Shown here: piece by piece, positions 11,393-24,439 of the stretch
Layout of the letters: each line of letters starts with the position of its first letter
How positions within the stretch are numbered: position 1 is the first letter of the stretch
Program-made: the position numbers and the translations under genes
The notes under the pieces: generated by a model
What the model was told of the DNA's origin: nothing
Seen by the model: only the letters and a program-made list of their open reading frames with translations
Database searches by the model: none
From: Lama guanicoe
Lineage: Eukaryota
Direction of reading: 5' to 3'
Length of the DNA stretch: 64,000 nucleotides
NCBI GenBank assembly: GCA_013239625.1
Contig: MU053561.1
Location: 5,692,439 to 5,756,438, forward strand

Positions 11393-12769
11393 CAATCTTT
11401 TTTTATAAGGGTTGAGGCTAGTTGCCCCTGGCTTATTCCCAGACAGAAGGATTTATCTATTGTTTAATCAGGTGCACACAAAAGAATGTATGACTGTGCA
11501 GCACCTGTTCGCAAAATTTCTGTTATATTAGCTCAGGAGATGAATATGGGGGAATCTTTTTTGATCATGATTTTCGAGAATTTGGCCACAGAACAAGAAT
11601 AGCAATCTACTGATGTCAAGAGCCTCTTTTATTAAAAGTAAACAAACTCAAATCCCTAGTACATTGGAAAATGTTTAACTGCTTAAAAAAAGTAGAAGAA
11701 TCCCTAAAAAAGAAAAAAAAAAAGAAGACTAATATGATAAGATGGATCCATATGTCTGGTCTGTGATTGAAGATTGTCAACTTTATGCAACAGTTCAGAG
11801 GTGGAATCTTTAATTTTAGTTTGATGAGTCAAGCACAAGGTGAAAGGGGGCCTTGGTACGTGTATTATTTTGAAGTTCATTCAACGTGCGTTGTTAATGC
11901 CAGGTCTAGGGAAGAGCATGAAGTGAATATGCCCTCTCTTTCTCAATTTTTGGTTTGTGAATTTGATTCTTCACCTTGCAACTGACAGTTAAATTCTCTC
12001 TCTCATCTATCAGGGATTCTGAGAAGCCTGAAGTTGTTTATTTTTAAAAGGAACATAATAACGGTTATTTGAAGAAAATGACTTGAGGTGATTGAATTCC
12101 TGGGCAGGCAGACAAACCACGTCTGTGGTGTCGAAGGTACTTTCTAACCCAAGATTTCAAGGACTTTGGAGAATCACATTCAGCTTATTCTTCCTGGTGG
12201 CTTTCTGAACATTAAATCGAGTCACCTGTAAAGGGGGGCAGGAGTGGGACAGAAAGGAAAAGTAATACTGACTGAAATTCTCTCATTGTTCTTTTGAGAA
12301 CATTTTAAAAAATCATAATTTAAGCAAGGCAATAACCCTGGGAATATTTTTGAGATCATTAAAACTTGCTTTCTGTACCTCCCTGCCTGCTTTCCTGTGG
12401 ACACAGGACTTTCTCACTTTCAAAACACCCCCTGCTTCCTCTCAATCCCTTTTCCAAACAAACAAACCCTTTGTTTTCCTGTTTTCATTCGGACACCAGA
12501 TACCTGGAGCGGTCCTTTTCCTCCCCTGTCTCTTTAAGAGCTTCCCTCTCCTGTACCACCCCCCAGAAAAACTGTGACTCCTCGGCTAATCTGATCAACA
12601 GTTTCAAACTGAGGTGTTACTGTCATCTTTTTCTATTAAGAGCCACTGCCCTAAAGGAAGAAAATAATTGAGAACCAGATAAATTAAAAGCAAATGAATT
12701 TCATTGTTTTATTTATCTAGAAGACTACCTAAAAATTAAAAATTCCAAACAAGGTTAAAATGTCTATGG

Positions 12770-12930
12770 GCATTAAACTCCCATGATTCTTTGAGAGGTA
12801 TATGATTGTGTCCATTTTCCTGATGTGGAAATGAAGGCTTAAGCATGTCAAGAGGTTGCTTCGAGTTCCCAGGATTCAAACCCAGACTGACTTTGAGCTG
12901 CAAAGTGCATGCTCTTAACTGCCATGCCTC
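12770..12930 (-). mobile_element. MIR SINE
   Basis: ccattttcctgatgtggaaatgaaggcttaag..ccaggattcaaacccagactgact..gctcttaactgc. Confidence 0.7.
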
Positions 12931-13700
12931 CTGGCCTCCTGGCCTCCTGCTATGTATCTTGGCTTTGAGAGATTTCGTAGCATAGTCTTTCCTGGGCAAC
13001 CTGAAGGAGCAAGAACATTTTACCATCCTGATGCCTGAGAGCCAATATTAAAAACAGCACATGTTTGTGACTGTGGCTGTGCTGGAACACTTAGCAAATA
13101 ACTTGCTTTGGATAGCCAAGGGTTTACTAATTTAAACACCAATTTTTAAATGCACATGGAAAGTCTTCTTAAGTGTGTTATGTAATTTTTTGCCTTCTTA
13201 GCTGGATATTCTAAACGTTATTTAGCCTTTAGCCTTTCCTTATATACTCCAGGTTCACCAGTGTGAACATTAGCTGCAGTTAACGAGGCTCTAAGACAGA
13301 AGTGCCCTGGGGACTGCTGAAGTACATGGAGCTGTTTTTAACCTACATTTTAAGTGGTCCCGGACTACCGTGCTATTTGAGTTCTTGTGTCTGCTTTTCA
13401 TGGATTTTCTGCCTGCTGTCAGCCTCTTGGTTATTGACACTCAATGCTATTAGTATCTGTCTGCAGTAGTCCCTCTTTGCCCTCTTAGATTTGCTACTTA
13501 TAATCTGTGCTGGATGTGAAACCAAGATATCTAGGCATGATCTGTCTGAAAAAAAAAAAAGAGTAAACACTCATTGAACGGCTAAGGGGATTTCTTGTGA
13601 GTAGGGAACATGAATTTTCGTGAATAGCATTTATAACATCTATTTTAACTTCCTGATTCTCTGGGTCAATAATGCATCGATGAGATCATTAGTTAACCAA

Positions 13701-14280
13701 TGTGCTAGCCATATCCATTGGGACCTCCCTGCCTCGAGTCTCCTTTAAGGGAAATTGCCGACCAACCACAATCTATGACTTCTTCGGGGACCGTGCTTTG
13801 CCCTATTTAGTCATGATCTCCCCCCAGTCACACACACTGCATGAGACTGGTGAGTGCAGCACCTGACCAAGGGCAACCAGACTACAGACTGGCCAAGAAC
13901 CATGAGAAAAAGGTAAGTTGAGCTTAGCTCACCCAACTCTGGGGCATTTCAGTTGGGAGAGAGTTGAGGCCAGTTGGTAAGAGGTGGTATTTGAAACAGA
14001 AAGCTCATGAGGTAGTCATGGTGTGTGAAGCTACGATGTATCATGAGCCGATGGGAAATGATGAAGAACTTGAATCTCTAGGAAGCTGGTTAGACCAAAG
14101 AGAAAAAGGAAGCAAGCGCATGGAGAGAGGCAGAGATGCTCTGCAGCAGGGCGGTGGGGAGAGAGAGAGAGAGAGAGGATGGCCATTTTCTGTCCACGTG
14201 TATCTTTACTCCCATCATGTTTTCTTGAGGCAACTTGAGAGAGTCTCTATTTCTCCCATCCAAAAGAAGCTAACTGTAAA
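13701..14280 (+). mobile_element. old MaLR/ERVL-type solo LTR (MLT1M/N-like)
   Basis: TG start; ctcctttaagggaa..gcacctgaccaagggcaacca..; 3' end gagagtctctatttc..ccaaaagaagctaact. Confidence 0.45.
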
Positions 14281-16134
14281 AATTAATTTCTTGAGAGCTG
14301 AGTTGTTACTGTCACTTTCTATCTTTTCTGGACCCTGTGCAAGTGGAAAAATACAAACCATTTCACCATACAAGAGAAATAACAGAATTCGAAATGAAGG
14401 CACAAAGTCAATATTAACACAAAAGACAATTGTGTATGAAGAAAAAAATGATAGCTGATAATTATGCAAAATACAGGACCAGCATCCTATTTTAGCTCAA
14501 ATAGTCAACCCATCACACAGAAGCAAAGATTACATGATGAAAATGTAAAACATTCAGAGAAAGCCCTTGAGTCTTGCTAAGTTCTTTTTTAATTAAGCAA
14601 TTACAACCTGCGTACAGCTCCTGGTTACGTGGGTTTCTGGGTGTGTGTGTAAGGGGCGCACCGAATGGGGGAGGGGCGGGTGTGACCATTCCTAGGAGGT
14701 CCTCCAACGGTCTGTGTAAAGAGGCGCAGCTGGACAGATGTTCCCATGGGAGCCCCAAAGGGAAGAAAGCGACTAGAGGCTGACAGTTACAGAAAGGAGC
14801 CAAACAAGAGGCCGAGGCTCATTCACCCGTTCTGGAGAATGTGGCTCAGTGGGTGCTCTGCTACCCCCCCCCAGAGGTGCGCGAGGCCTGCTGCAGGTCC
14901 TCTGACCCCTGTTCTTACACCATAAGGCGGGTGACCTAAGGTCAGAAGACAGCGGAGAAATATCTTCCCTGTGCATCACACATGACTCAAAACTGCTGGC
15001 CCCTAGGGGTGTTGCAACAATTGGCCTGGACTCAGACACGCGGCTGGGGAGAGGCAGGTGGGGCTGCCATCCATCCAGGAGATGACCAGTGTCCCCAGAG
15101 TGTCCGTGGGAACAGAGAGGCAGAGGCCAGCCCGAAAGGGAGCCAGGGTTGTCACTGGGGATGCAAGAGAATGGATCACAGCAAAAGGGCTGGGGAAGAT
15201 GATAAGAAAACTGAGCAGCAAGAAGGAGGGGTGAGGACAACACGCCCAAGTGCTAGGTTTCCAGAGCCGAACTGTTCAGGTCTGTGTCTGGAAAACAGTC
15301 TATTCATGGAGGCTGCAACCTAAAGGAGCCAGGGTGGGGGTGGGCTGACAACCAGGAACCTCCAGACACCACCTTCACGGCCTGCAACAGATAATTAAGG
15401 GAGAGGGAGAAAGGGGATGGAGAAAGAGAGGGGGTGTGGGGTGGGCAGAGAGAGGGGGAGAGAGAGAGAGGAAGGAGGCCATTTAAGAGAGTACCACAGA
15501 GCTGACAAAATGTGGCCCAGGCAGTTAACATCTTCCCCAGAAAATTTCCTCTCTTCTGATAACAAAACCAAATTACCACCTACACCTAAAACATGGCGGA
15601 GGCAATCTTTAAGAAACAAATAAGAGGGTTTCACAAGCTCATAATTAACAAGTCAGTAACCTTCGGTCTAGATTCGGGAAACTAAATTTGCATGCTCACG
15701 GTGGCTTCACTAATTCCCCCTTGACCCCTGTGTCAACAGATCTTTGAACACTGACCCCCTGGCATGACAGAAATTGGAGGGGAAGGCAGTGTCACCTACA
15801 CATCTGCCTCAGGGACTCCGAAAGCTCCATTTGCAGGAAGATTGCTAAGTGTTCTGGATAAACAAGTTTGAGGCTGGCAAGTGAGGAGACTAAGGAAACC
15901 CCTGCTCCTGGGACACTGTCCTGAGTGGCCCGGAAGTCACCCCAGCATGAGAGGGGACAGAGGTGTGTGGGCTCCTTCCTGGAGACAAGTGACACCATCC
16001 TCAGTGATCAGCCACCTGACCACCAGGAGCACCTGGCCCACCTGACATTCCTTCCTGAAGCATTTCTTTCCTTGGATCCTGGATATTATACTTCCCCTGT
16101 GTTTTCTCTTCTTCCTTCCTTCATGGCTACTCTC

Positions 16135-17640
16135 ACATTTTTAAACGTTTGTTATGAAAGCTTTCAATCATGCATAAAAGAGAAAATAGTGCAATGAAGC
16201 CCCACGCGTCCATTGCCAAGCTTCAGCAATGATCATCTCATGGCTTCTTGTCTGTCCTACACCCCCGCTTACTCTCCTCCTCTCACAGATTATTTTGGGT
16301 TTTGTGGGGGTTTTCTTGATACATATATTCTTCTTATTTATTTATTTATTTTTATTGAAGTATAGTTGACTTACAACATATTAGTTTCAGGTGTACAACG
16401 TAGTTATTCGATACTTTTATAAATCCCAAAATGAGCACCACTATGAGTCTAGTTACCATCTGTCACCACACACAGTTATTACAACATTACTGACTACATT
16501 CCCTTTGCTGTAAGTTACATTTCACACCTGTCAGAATCGCTTGTACACTCTTGGTGGGAATGAAAACTCGTACAGCCACTACGGGAAACATGGAGTATGG
16601 AGTTTTCTCAAAAAACTAAAAATAGAACTACCCTATGATCCAGCAATTTCACTTCTGGGTATTCATTCAAAGAAAACAAAAACACTAATCTGAGAAGATA
16701 TATGCACCCCCAATGTTCATTGCAGCATTATTTACAATAGCAGGATATGGAAGCAACCTAAGTGCCCATCAATGAATGGATACAGAAGATGAGATATTAC
16801 TCATCCATAAAAAAGAATATACCAAGCTATAAAAAAAAAAGAAAGAAATCTTGCTATTTGTGACAACATGGATGGACCTAGAGGGTATTATACTAAGTAA
16901 AGTAAGTCAGAAAGAGAAAGACAAATACCTTATGATTTTACTTATGTGTGGAAACTGAAAAACAAAAAAACAAACACAACAAGATAGAAGCAGATTCATT
17001 GATACAAGAACAAACTAGTGGTTGCCAGAGGGGATGGGGTGGAGGGATGCGTGAAACAGATGAAGAGGATTAGAGGTACAAACTTACAGTTATAAAGAAG
17101 TAAATCCCAGTCATCACATCAATTATAATGTGTGTCTCTAAAGACTTCCTTCTTAAAATCAGAACCTCCATTCTATTGATTGCACTCCCCCCAAAATCAA
17201 CAATTCCTTAATAGCATCACATGTCTCATCAGTTTTCACATCTCCCCAACTGCCCAATAAATAGTCTTGTTTTTTTAATGGTTTATTCATTTGAATGGAG
17301 ATCCAAATTGCTATTTCTTAATATGTCTTTTAAGTGTCTTTTAATTTATAGAATCTCTCTCCAAGTCTTTTTTTTTTCTTACAATTTTTCTGTTGAAGAA
17401 ACTAGATTTTTTTATCCTGTAGAATTTCCCACAGGCTGGATTTTGCTGATTACATCCTATGATTTATTTAACATGTTACTCTGTTCTTTTTATCTCCTAT
17501 ATATTGGTCATTAGATCTAGAGGTTTAGTCAGATTTCAGTTCCTCTTTTTGGCAACCTTTCACGAGTGGCGTTGGAAGTACAGAATGTATGGTTGAGCCT
17601 TTTATAATGTCAGACACCACTGATGATCATTGCTTAACGA
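16135..17640 (-). mobile_element. L1MC4/L1MC5-type 3' UTR, split by a younger inverted L1
   Basis: Halves rejoin as gattatttt|gaagtaaatcccag; continues tcctgtagaatttcccacaggctggattttgctgatt. Confidence 0.7.
16300..17097 (-). mobile_element. L1 (L1MA9-like) with 5' inversion
   Basis: 3' end on minus strand (~16330-16520); upstream ORF2-end/3'UTR on plus strand (16521-17097). Confidence 0.85.
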
Positions 17641-17654
17641 TTCACTCTGTTGTC

Positions 17655-18057
17655 TCACAGGGCCACATACTGTATGATTTTCTTTACAAAATATTCTTGA
17701 AATGATAAAATCACAGAAATAGAGCACAGACTCATGGTTGTCAGGGTAATGTTAGGGATGATGGGAGTGGGGTATGCAACCGAATATAAAGGAGTAGCAT
17801 GACAGACAATTTGGGATGATGAAATAGTTCTGTATCTTGATCGCAGTGGTGGTCACATGAATCTACATCTGTGATAAAATGGTATAGAAATACACATACA
17901 CATTGTACCAAAGTCACTTTCCTGATTAATATTGTATTATAGTTATGTGAATGTAACCATTTGAGAAAACTGGGTGAAGGGCTGGTGGTACCTCTCTGCA
18001 CTATCTTTGCAACTTCTTGTGCATCTGTAATTATTTTAAAATAAACATTTAAAAAAT
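17655..18057 (+). mobile_element. L1MD-type 3' end
   Basis: catactgtatgatt..gttctgtatcttgatcgcagtggtggtcacatgaatctac..ctgggtgaaggg..tttgcaacttcttgtg..aaaataaa. Confidence 0.8.
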
Positions 18058-20811
18058 AGTATTTACTGTTTACATCATAAAGTCTAAATAGAGCTCATAA
18101 CTGAGCCACATAGTGTGCTATGATTACGTTTCCTTTCTTGTGTGACCTTTTTTTTTCCCCTAGATTTAAAAATTGCCTCACATTTTGTTTGCTTTGATTT
18201 GCTATTTACCTACTTCCAGTTCTTCCCAGACTCTGTCAGAACTGTGGTCAAATACATTAGGAAACCCCAGCTCTGTTTTTCTCTTGGTGACGTCTCTCCT
18301 GGGACTCTCTGCCAGCTCCAATATGAATTTGGTGTGCTCTAGGCTGATTTTGCACCCACTTGGATGGGAAAATACATATGTTGTCTATATTCCAAAATTT
18401 TAAACTGTGGACTTTATAGGATGCTGAGATTTCAGAATATGTGATAATTTTTTCATTTACCCACACTTTCTGATTTTGCTGCTAGCAACTTATATTACCT
18501 GTGTTATTCCATCTTTATATCCCTTATCACAGAAAGAGGGAGGAGGGCATACAGTCCATTAAAAATAAATAAGTAAATAAAAGGCCTAACTTTTAGCTGT
18601 GTGAACCTTCAGGGAACATTCAGTCAGGCCTATACTTCTCTCCGACAGGCACAGTCTTTGCACAGCGGTAGTTGGGGCACTAATAGTGACTCACCTGCAT
18701 CTCAGTCTTGACCCTCTGCTGGTGCACGAAGCTAGTCCCAGATTCCTGGAGGTACCACAAGATCATCATCCCTCAGTCATAGCGACCACCCCTTCTCTGA
18801 CAACACCCCCTCATTCCCACCCTCTCTCAGTTCCCTCCTCCAACTCCCTTGGCCATCTGTGGTCTCTTTGTCTCCAACACCCCTCCCCGACCCGGCTCTA
18901 GCACCAGTTACTGGTCATTTCAGCAAATTTTAATCGCGCAGCTGGACAGGGAGAAAGAATGTGGAGCTTCAGACCCTGAAGCTGGAAGAAGGCAGGGTAG
19001 AGACCCTTGCAGAGGTCTGGTCTCAGAATGGAGTGTTTAAAAGACCTATCTCATTGCTAAATTTAACCTCATTCTGATTTCTTTCACACCTTGTTAGATC
19101 AAAGAATCTCTTATCTCCTTTCCAAACTTGGATTATTTTACAAAAAGTGACCTTCTCTTAGGGACCACAAAAAGAGGCAGAAAGGAAATTCCACCAGACT
19201 TGGGTAAAAAGAAGTAAAAAAGAAAAGTTTGGGGGTGAAAAGGGAAGGCCTCTCACGTGTGCAGGAGGCGTGAGCCATGCGGTGCACCCTTCCTCTCAAA
19301 ATAAATCGCGATTCTGCAGGGGAAGGGCAGTGCCCACTGCCCCCACCCCCAATGCCCCCCATGGAAGATTATCACTCACTCCTTAAAGCTCATGTGAGAG
19401 TGTGTGGACTCTCAGAAGCACGTGCATGTGCAACAAGTTCTAAAGAGAAGAGCTTTAAAATTCAGTGTGTCGGGTAGAAATAAGCCCTGGCCTAAGAAAC
19501 TCTGAGGCAAAACCCCCCAAACCAACCAGGGCACAGTCTAGTGATGTCTGCGCAGATTCCCTACAAGTGGATTTGCTGCTTTCTGGCAAAATAAAAACAC
19601 GTTTACCAGGCCCCCAAACTCCCCCAGCTAGATCTGTTTTATGTTCAAGAGCAAAGTCAAGAACGATATTTCTGGTAAGTCTCGCATTCTCTGTCTCCTA
19701 CAGTCTCTCAAGGTTCTTGAGTGTATTAAAAACACTTCCCAGGAACATTCTAAGAAAAACAGTCTTCTAAAGTACAGCTCACTATACAATAGGATTTTTT
19801 TTTCTATGTCTGTTCCATAGTTCCTTTTAACAAAATGTCATGATTCAGTACAAAAGTCCCTGGGAACCCCTTGGCAAATGAAAGCATTTTGGATTTGCTA
19901 ATTTGATATAAGAAGTAGCCTGGGTAACCTACGTCAAAGACACATCAAACCTCCACTTCATATGTGGTGCATTTCCTGAAGTGCACAGAAGACCTTGGAA
20001 ATTATTAATCAAGATTATTCACCTTGGCAAGGGAGCCAGCAGTGACAGATGAAACCAAATCTGTGTATTTGCATAAGGCGAGAAGAGCTATGATTTTACT
20101 GCGGAGGCAGAACCAGGCCTGGGTACAATCCCAAAACCTAATTATTAGACGGAGAGACAGAGAGCAACCTTCCCACCATGAATTAGAAATCTGTAAAGAG
20201 TCTCGGTTTTAGGATCTTCTTTTTTTTTTTTTTTACTCTGGCTCTATTGTTCCCAAATTGTTAACAACAACAAAAATGGTTCTGCTGAAACATTTAGAGT
20301 TTTTATTAAAAATCTAAGTAAGTCAGAAGCTTATGGGTGAACGTATGAATCACAGGGATGAAATGAGCTGTACATGATTTCTTTAATTTTATTTTTGTGC
20401 CAAAGGTTGTTTCTTTAATGATAGAACAATGTTGTTAAATTAAGAGATCTTAGGCCCCCTCACCTTGGCCAATATCTTTGAAGACAAGACAGAATTCATT
20501 TCTTGTCTCCTTCCCCCTACTCTCTTCCTTCATGCTCTGGAGCCTCTTGGAATCTCTAAGGAAGTCTTCATCTCTGCCCCTTTTCTGAGTTTTAATAAAA
20601 CCAAAATCTCCTGGTCTTCACCCCACCGTTTTTTTTTCTGTCTCGCTTTCATTTTGGTTTTTTTTTTTTAACATTTTCTTTTCTGTAAGGATACACAAAG
20701 CAACAATAAATTGAGGTTTTTCTCTGTGGAAATAGGGATGGGCAAGAGGGGACCTTTAACTTTGCTCCCTTTGGCCCTCTTAAAATTTTGTTTTGCTATG
20801 AAATGAGAATA

Positions 20812-20961
20812 TCACTGGGCATATATATATCCAGAGAGAACTCTAATTTGAAAAGATACATGTACCCCAGTGTTCATAGAAGCACTGTTTACAATAGCTA
20901 AGACATGGAAACAACCTAAATGTCCATCAACAGATGACTGATAAAGAAGCTGTGGTATATA

Positions 20962-20994
<33 letters not shown>

Positions 20995-21422
20995 GGAATA
21001 CTACTCAGCTATAAAAAAAAAAGAATAAAATAATACCATTTGCAGCAACATGGATGGACCTGGAGATTGTCATTCTAAGTGAAGTAAGCCAGAAAGAGAA
21101 AGAAAAATACCATATGGTATCACTCATACATGGAATCTAAACACACAGACACTCATACACAAATGAAGTTATTTACAAAATAGAAACAGACTCACAGACA
21201 TAGAAAACAAACTTATAGTTACCAGAGAGAAAAGGGATAAGTTCAAGACTCGTAGATACTATTATATGTAAATTAGATAAACAATAAGTTTCTACTATAT
21301 AGCACAGGGAACTATATTCAATATCTCGCAGCAATCTATAATGAAAAGGAATATATGTATGTATAATGCTGTACACCAGAAATTGACACATTGTAAACTG
21401 ACTATACTATGATTAAAAAAAT
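20812..21422 (+). mobile_element. 5'-truncated camelid-type L1 inserted in an older L1ME 3' end
   Basis: ctgggcatatat..gaaaagatacatgtaccccag..caccagaaattgacacattgtaaactgactatact; short direct repeat agaatat at both ends. Confidence 0.9.
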
Positions 21423-21599
21423 TAACTAATTTTAAAAAGAATATATTACTTTTGTAATTAAAAAAAAGTTTGTGATTACAAATAGTGGATGTTTACTGTA
21501 GGTAATTTGTAAAATAGAGAAAAGTGAAAAGCAGAAACTCAAAGCCATTCCTGCCCTTGGCTGTACCTGGTGAGCCATAGTCAACAGTGAACCCTGCTC

Positions 21600-21997
21600 A
21601 GCACCTCCCAGGAAGGACCCTCCGGCTTCCTCGGGGTGGGAGGGAAAAGAAAGGATGGACCTGTGGCTGGGAAAAGGTAACTTAGGGTCTAGATAATTTG
21701 TTTAATCTGTCAACCAGTCCACATTTTCAGCTTCACCCATCCCCGCCGCCACCTGAGGAGGGGCCTGGCTGCTTCTAGGGCCCCCTGGGCACTTAGCGGT
21801 CATCTGTTTCGTATGTCAAGTCAGTCAATCCTCTTCTGTTTGCTTTCAAGCTTCTAAAATGTTGTCAACACCTCTAACATGTTACCTCCTCCTGTTCTTC
21901 ACCCTTATGTGCTTGTCTTTTTGATCCTTTTAATGTGACTTTGTAGGGCTTTCCAAGGGAGTAGAGGTTCAACTTGCCACCTTTAACTAGGAGTGCC
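21600..21997 (-). mobile_element. HAL1/L1ME 5'-end fragment
   Basis: ctgtttgctttcaagcttctaaaatgttgtc..tttccaagggagtagaggt..tgccacctttaactaggagt resembles reversed HAL1/L1ME 5' terminus. Confidence 0.5.
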
Positions 21998-22029
21998 CGT
22001 GTTCTGTTTAAAATATGTTACTATTTTTC

Positions 22030-22153
22030 TTTAACATTTGTTAGGGGGAATTATGTTTATTTAGTTATTTATTTTAATGGAGGTGCTGAGGTTTGAACCC
22101 AGGACCTCGTGCATGCTAAGCATACACTTTGCCCCTGAGCTATACCCTCCCCC
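22030..22153 (-). mobile_element. Vic-1-type camelid tRNA-Ala-derived SINE
   Basis: Reverse complement ggggagggtatagctcagggg..atgcttagcatgcacgaggtcctgggttcaaacctcagcacctcca plus A-rich tail. Confidence 0.88.
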
Positions 22154-22154
22154 T

Positions 22155-23790
22155 AATTTTGTGATACATGTGCCATAATTTATTTAACCTTGCCTTACCG
22201 GTACATGTTTGCCTATATTATTCCTTAAGATAAAACACTACATGTGGACCTGCTGGACCCAGGAAAAAGAGTAACGTGAAGACCCTCTGCAGGGACTTCC
22301 TCACACAGAAAGGTCGTCCGCTTATATTCCAGCAGAGGTGTATGGAAGTGCTCTCTTCTCTGTCCCCGCCAGCCCGCCCTCTCCCCCGATGCTCCACTTT
22401 CTCTTCCATCGCTTCTCCTTGAAGAGCGCACCTCAATTCTGTTTGATTTTCCTTCTGTGTGGCTGCTGTTTCCTACACGTAGCTCCTCTGGGCCTCAGGG
22501 AATCAGCTTCTTGCTCCAAGCTTACCTAACCAGGATCAGAATGTACTCCTGAAACACTCTGCAGGGCTCTCTTCCAATAGTGTTTTGCGTTTTGCATTTT
22601 GCCTGAATTTCCATTTTGGCTCCTCTGTATAGGAAGCTTCATCAGGATGCTGCTCCTCAGCCCTGTTATGTCTGCAGCTTACACTGTGCTGTTCTCTCTG
22701 TTCATCTTCTTGGTGGGATGAATTTTGGGGCCTTTGTCTTATTAGTCTGTATCTCAGAATCTCTCAGGCAATTGCATGACTAAATCTGTCTATGATTTTG
22801 TTGGTCTACTCTCAGAAAAAGAGAGCGTGCTTAAAAACTTAGATGAGTTCTGTGTATAAATATAATCTCTCTTGCCAAAAATTTGCAGAGGAAAGTGCTC
22901 AAGCTGCTATATTTTTCACTGTCTGAGTAAGTTTACTGATCTGAGTAATTTTGGGGGCAGGGAGACAAGGTCCTTGGGCAGTACTGGGCTCACCCTCTCC
23001 TAGTTTCAGACACATGTGGAATCCTCAAGGACATTCTAGCACATTTAGAGCCTGAGTCTGAATAAGCCAGAGAGTCTTCCTCTGAAGTAGGGGCTCCTGT
23101 GCCCCGAATTCCGTTTATTCTTCCAGTAAAGGAAGTACCACCAGTACTGTATCATTTACTACCTGAAGTCACAGAAACACAGTACTAATTTTAGTTTTTA
23201 GTGATAACACCACAAAAGCTAAAAGATGGGGAATAGACTCCATGAAACTCTCTCTATGCCTTTTCCTTGCTCTTTTTCTGAGTGTTTCTGTCATTTCACA
23301 TTTCCTTTCTCTGCCTGTTTCCAGGTGTGTGTCAGCCTGTCCATTTGTGTTGTTCACTCTATACACCAGTTTCACTCTCCTTTTCATTTTCTCTCTCCCA
23401 TTAGTTTTTCCACCCTTCTTTCCCTCTTCTTTAACAGGTTATAATAGAATTCTTCTACCATGTACATTTTTGCTCTGTAATATTGAATAGTTGTCCATTT
23501 CTAGTTCTATATTCAATTGTTTTCTGTTCCCAATTTTCAAGGAAGATGACTGAAGTTTTTTTATGTCTTTCTCTTTAAAATATAAATTTCTTCTGAATAA
23601 TTTGGGTTTTGGCTGAATTTTTTCCCCTCTTTGGGTTAGTATCACCTGGTGATAAGATTTTTTGATACAACTAAGCATTTCCTGACCAACGTTTCCAAAA
23701 TGTTATGCAGGTTCTGCTATTTATTCCAGTCATTTCTATATGTCCGTATGTCCTTCTTCTTGGTCATCTAAAAAGTCTTATTATTAACAT
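22155..23790 (-). mobile_element. degenerate old L1M fragments
   Basis: T-rich text with L1ME 3'UTR motifs (ataatttatttaacc, gacctgctggac, tatattccagcagaggtgtatggaagtgc); very diverged. Confidence 0.35.
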
Positions 23791-23829
23791 AAAAATAAGA
23801 TCTATTTCAAATATAGATTTTTTTTAAAA

Positions 23830-24372
23830 AAAGCTAACATTTATTAACATTACCAGGCATTCCTCTAGAGAATTTGCAGTAATCACTTCCTTTGAGCTTT
23901 GTTCAAATGTCCTCTCTCAGAGAGTTCTTCTCTGGCCACGCTACCTAAGATGTCATCCACCTTGACCTTTCCAAGTCACTCTTGCTTTATTTTTCCTCCT
24001 TAGTGTTCATCCCTGTCTAATATACTATATTTTTTATTATCTAGCTTCAGACTTCTCTCTCTATAGAATGTATGCTCCCTGAGGACAAAGGTTTGTATGG
24101 GCTTTGATCATTGCTATATATCCCAGCACCTAGGACAGTACCTGGGAGATAGCTGGCCCGCAATACTTGTTGAATGGATAAACAAACTCATTTCATCTTC
24201 ACCAAAATCCCATAAGATATCTGTTATTATTGTCCCCATTTTAAAGGTGAGAAAACCAAGGCACAGAGCAGTTAGGTAACTTGCTAAGGGTATAGAATTT
24301 GTAAGTGGGAAAGCTGGTATCCGAACTCCAGCAGTCTGGTTCCATAGTCCTTGTCCTCAAGAACTAACAATG
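23830..24372 (-). mobile_element. MIR SINE split by an L2
   Basis: agctaacatttattaac..ccaggca | ctcatttcatcttcac..ttattgtccccattttaaaggtgagaaaaccaaggcacagag..taacttgctaagg. Confidence 0.75.
23887..24186 (+). mobile_element. L2a 3' end
   Basis: caaatgtcctctctcagagag..tagaatgtatgctccctgagg..tcccagcacctaggacagtacctgg..aatacttgttgaatggataa. Confidence 0.8.
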
Positions 24373-24439
24373 CTCAGGTACCCACTATCCACATTTATTT
24401 TTCTATTATTGTTTAATTTTTTTTAGCATGAACATGACT

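Noticed and set aside
13964..14458. 164-aa ORF
   Set aside because: Starts at TTG, runs through an LTR-like remnant and a (GA)n tract, and has no recognisable homology
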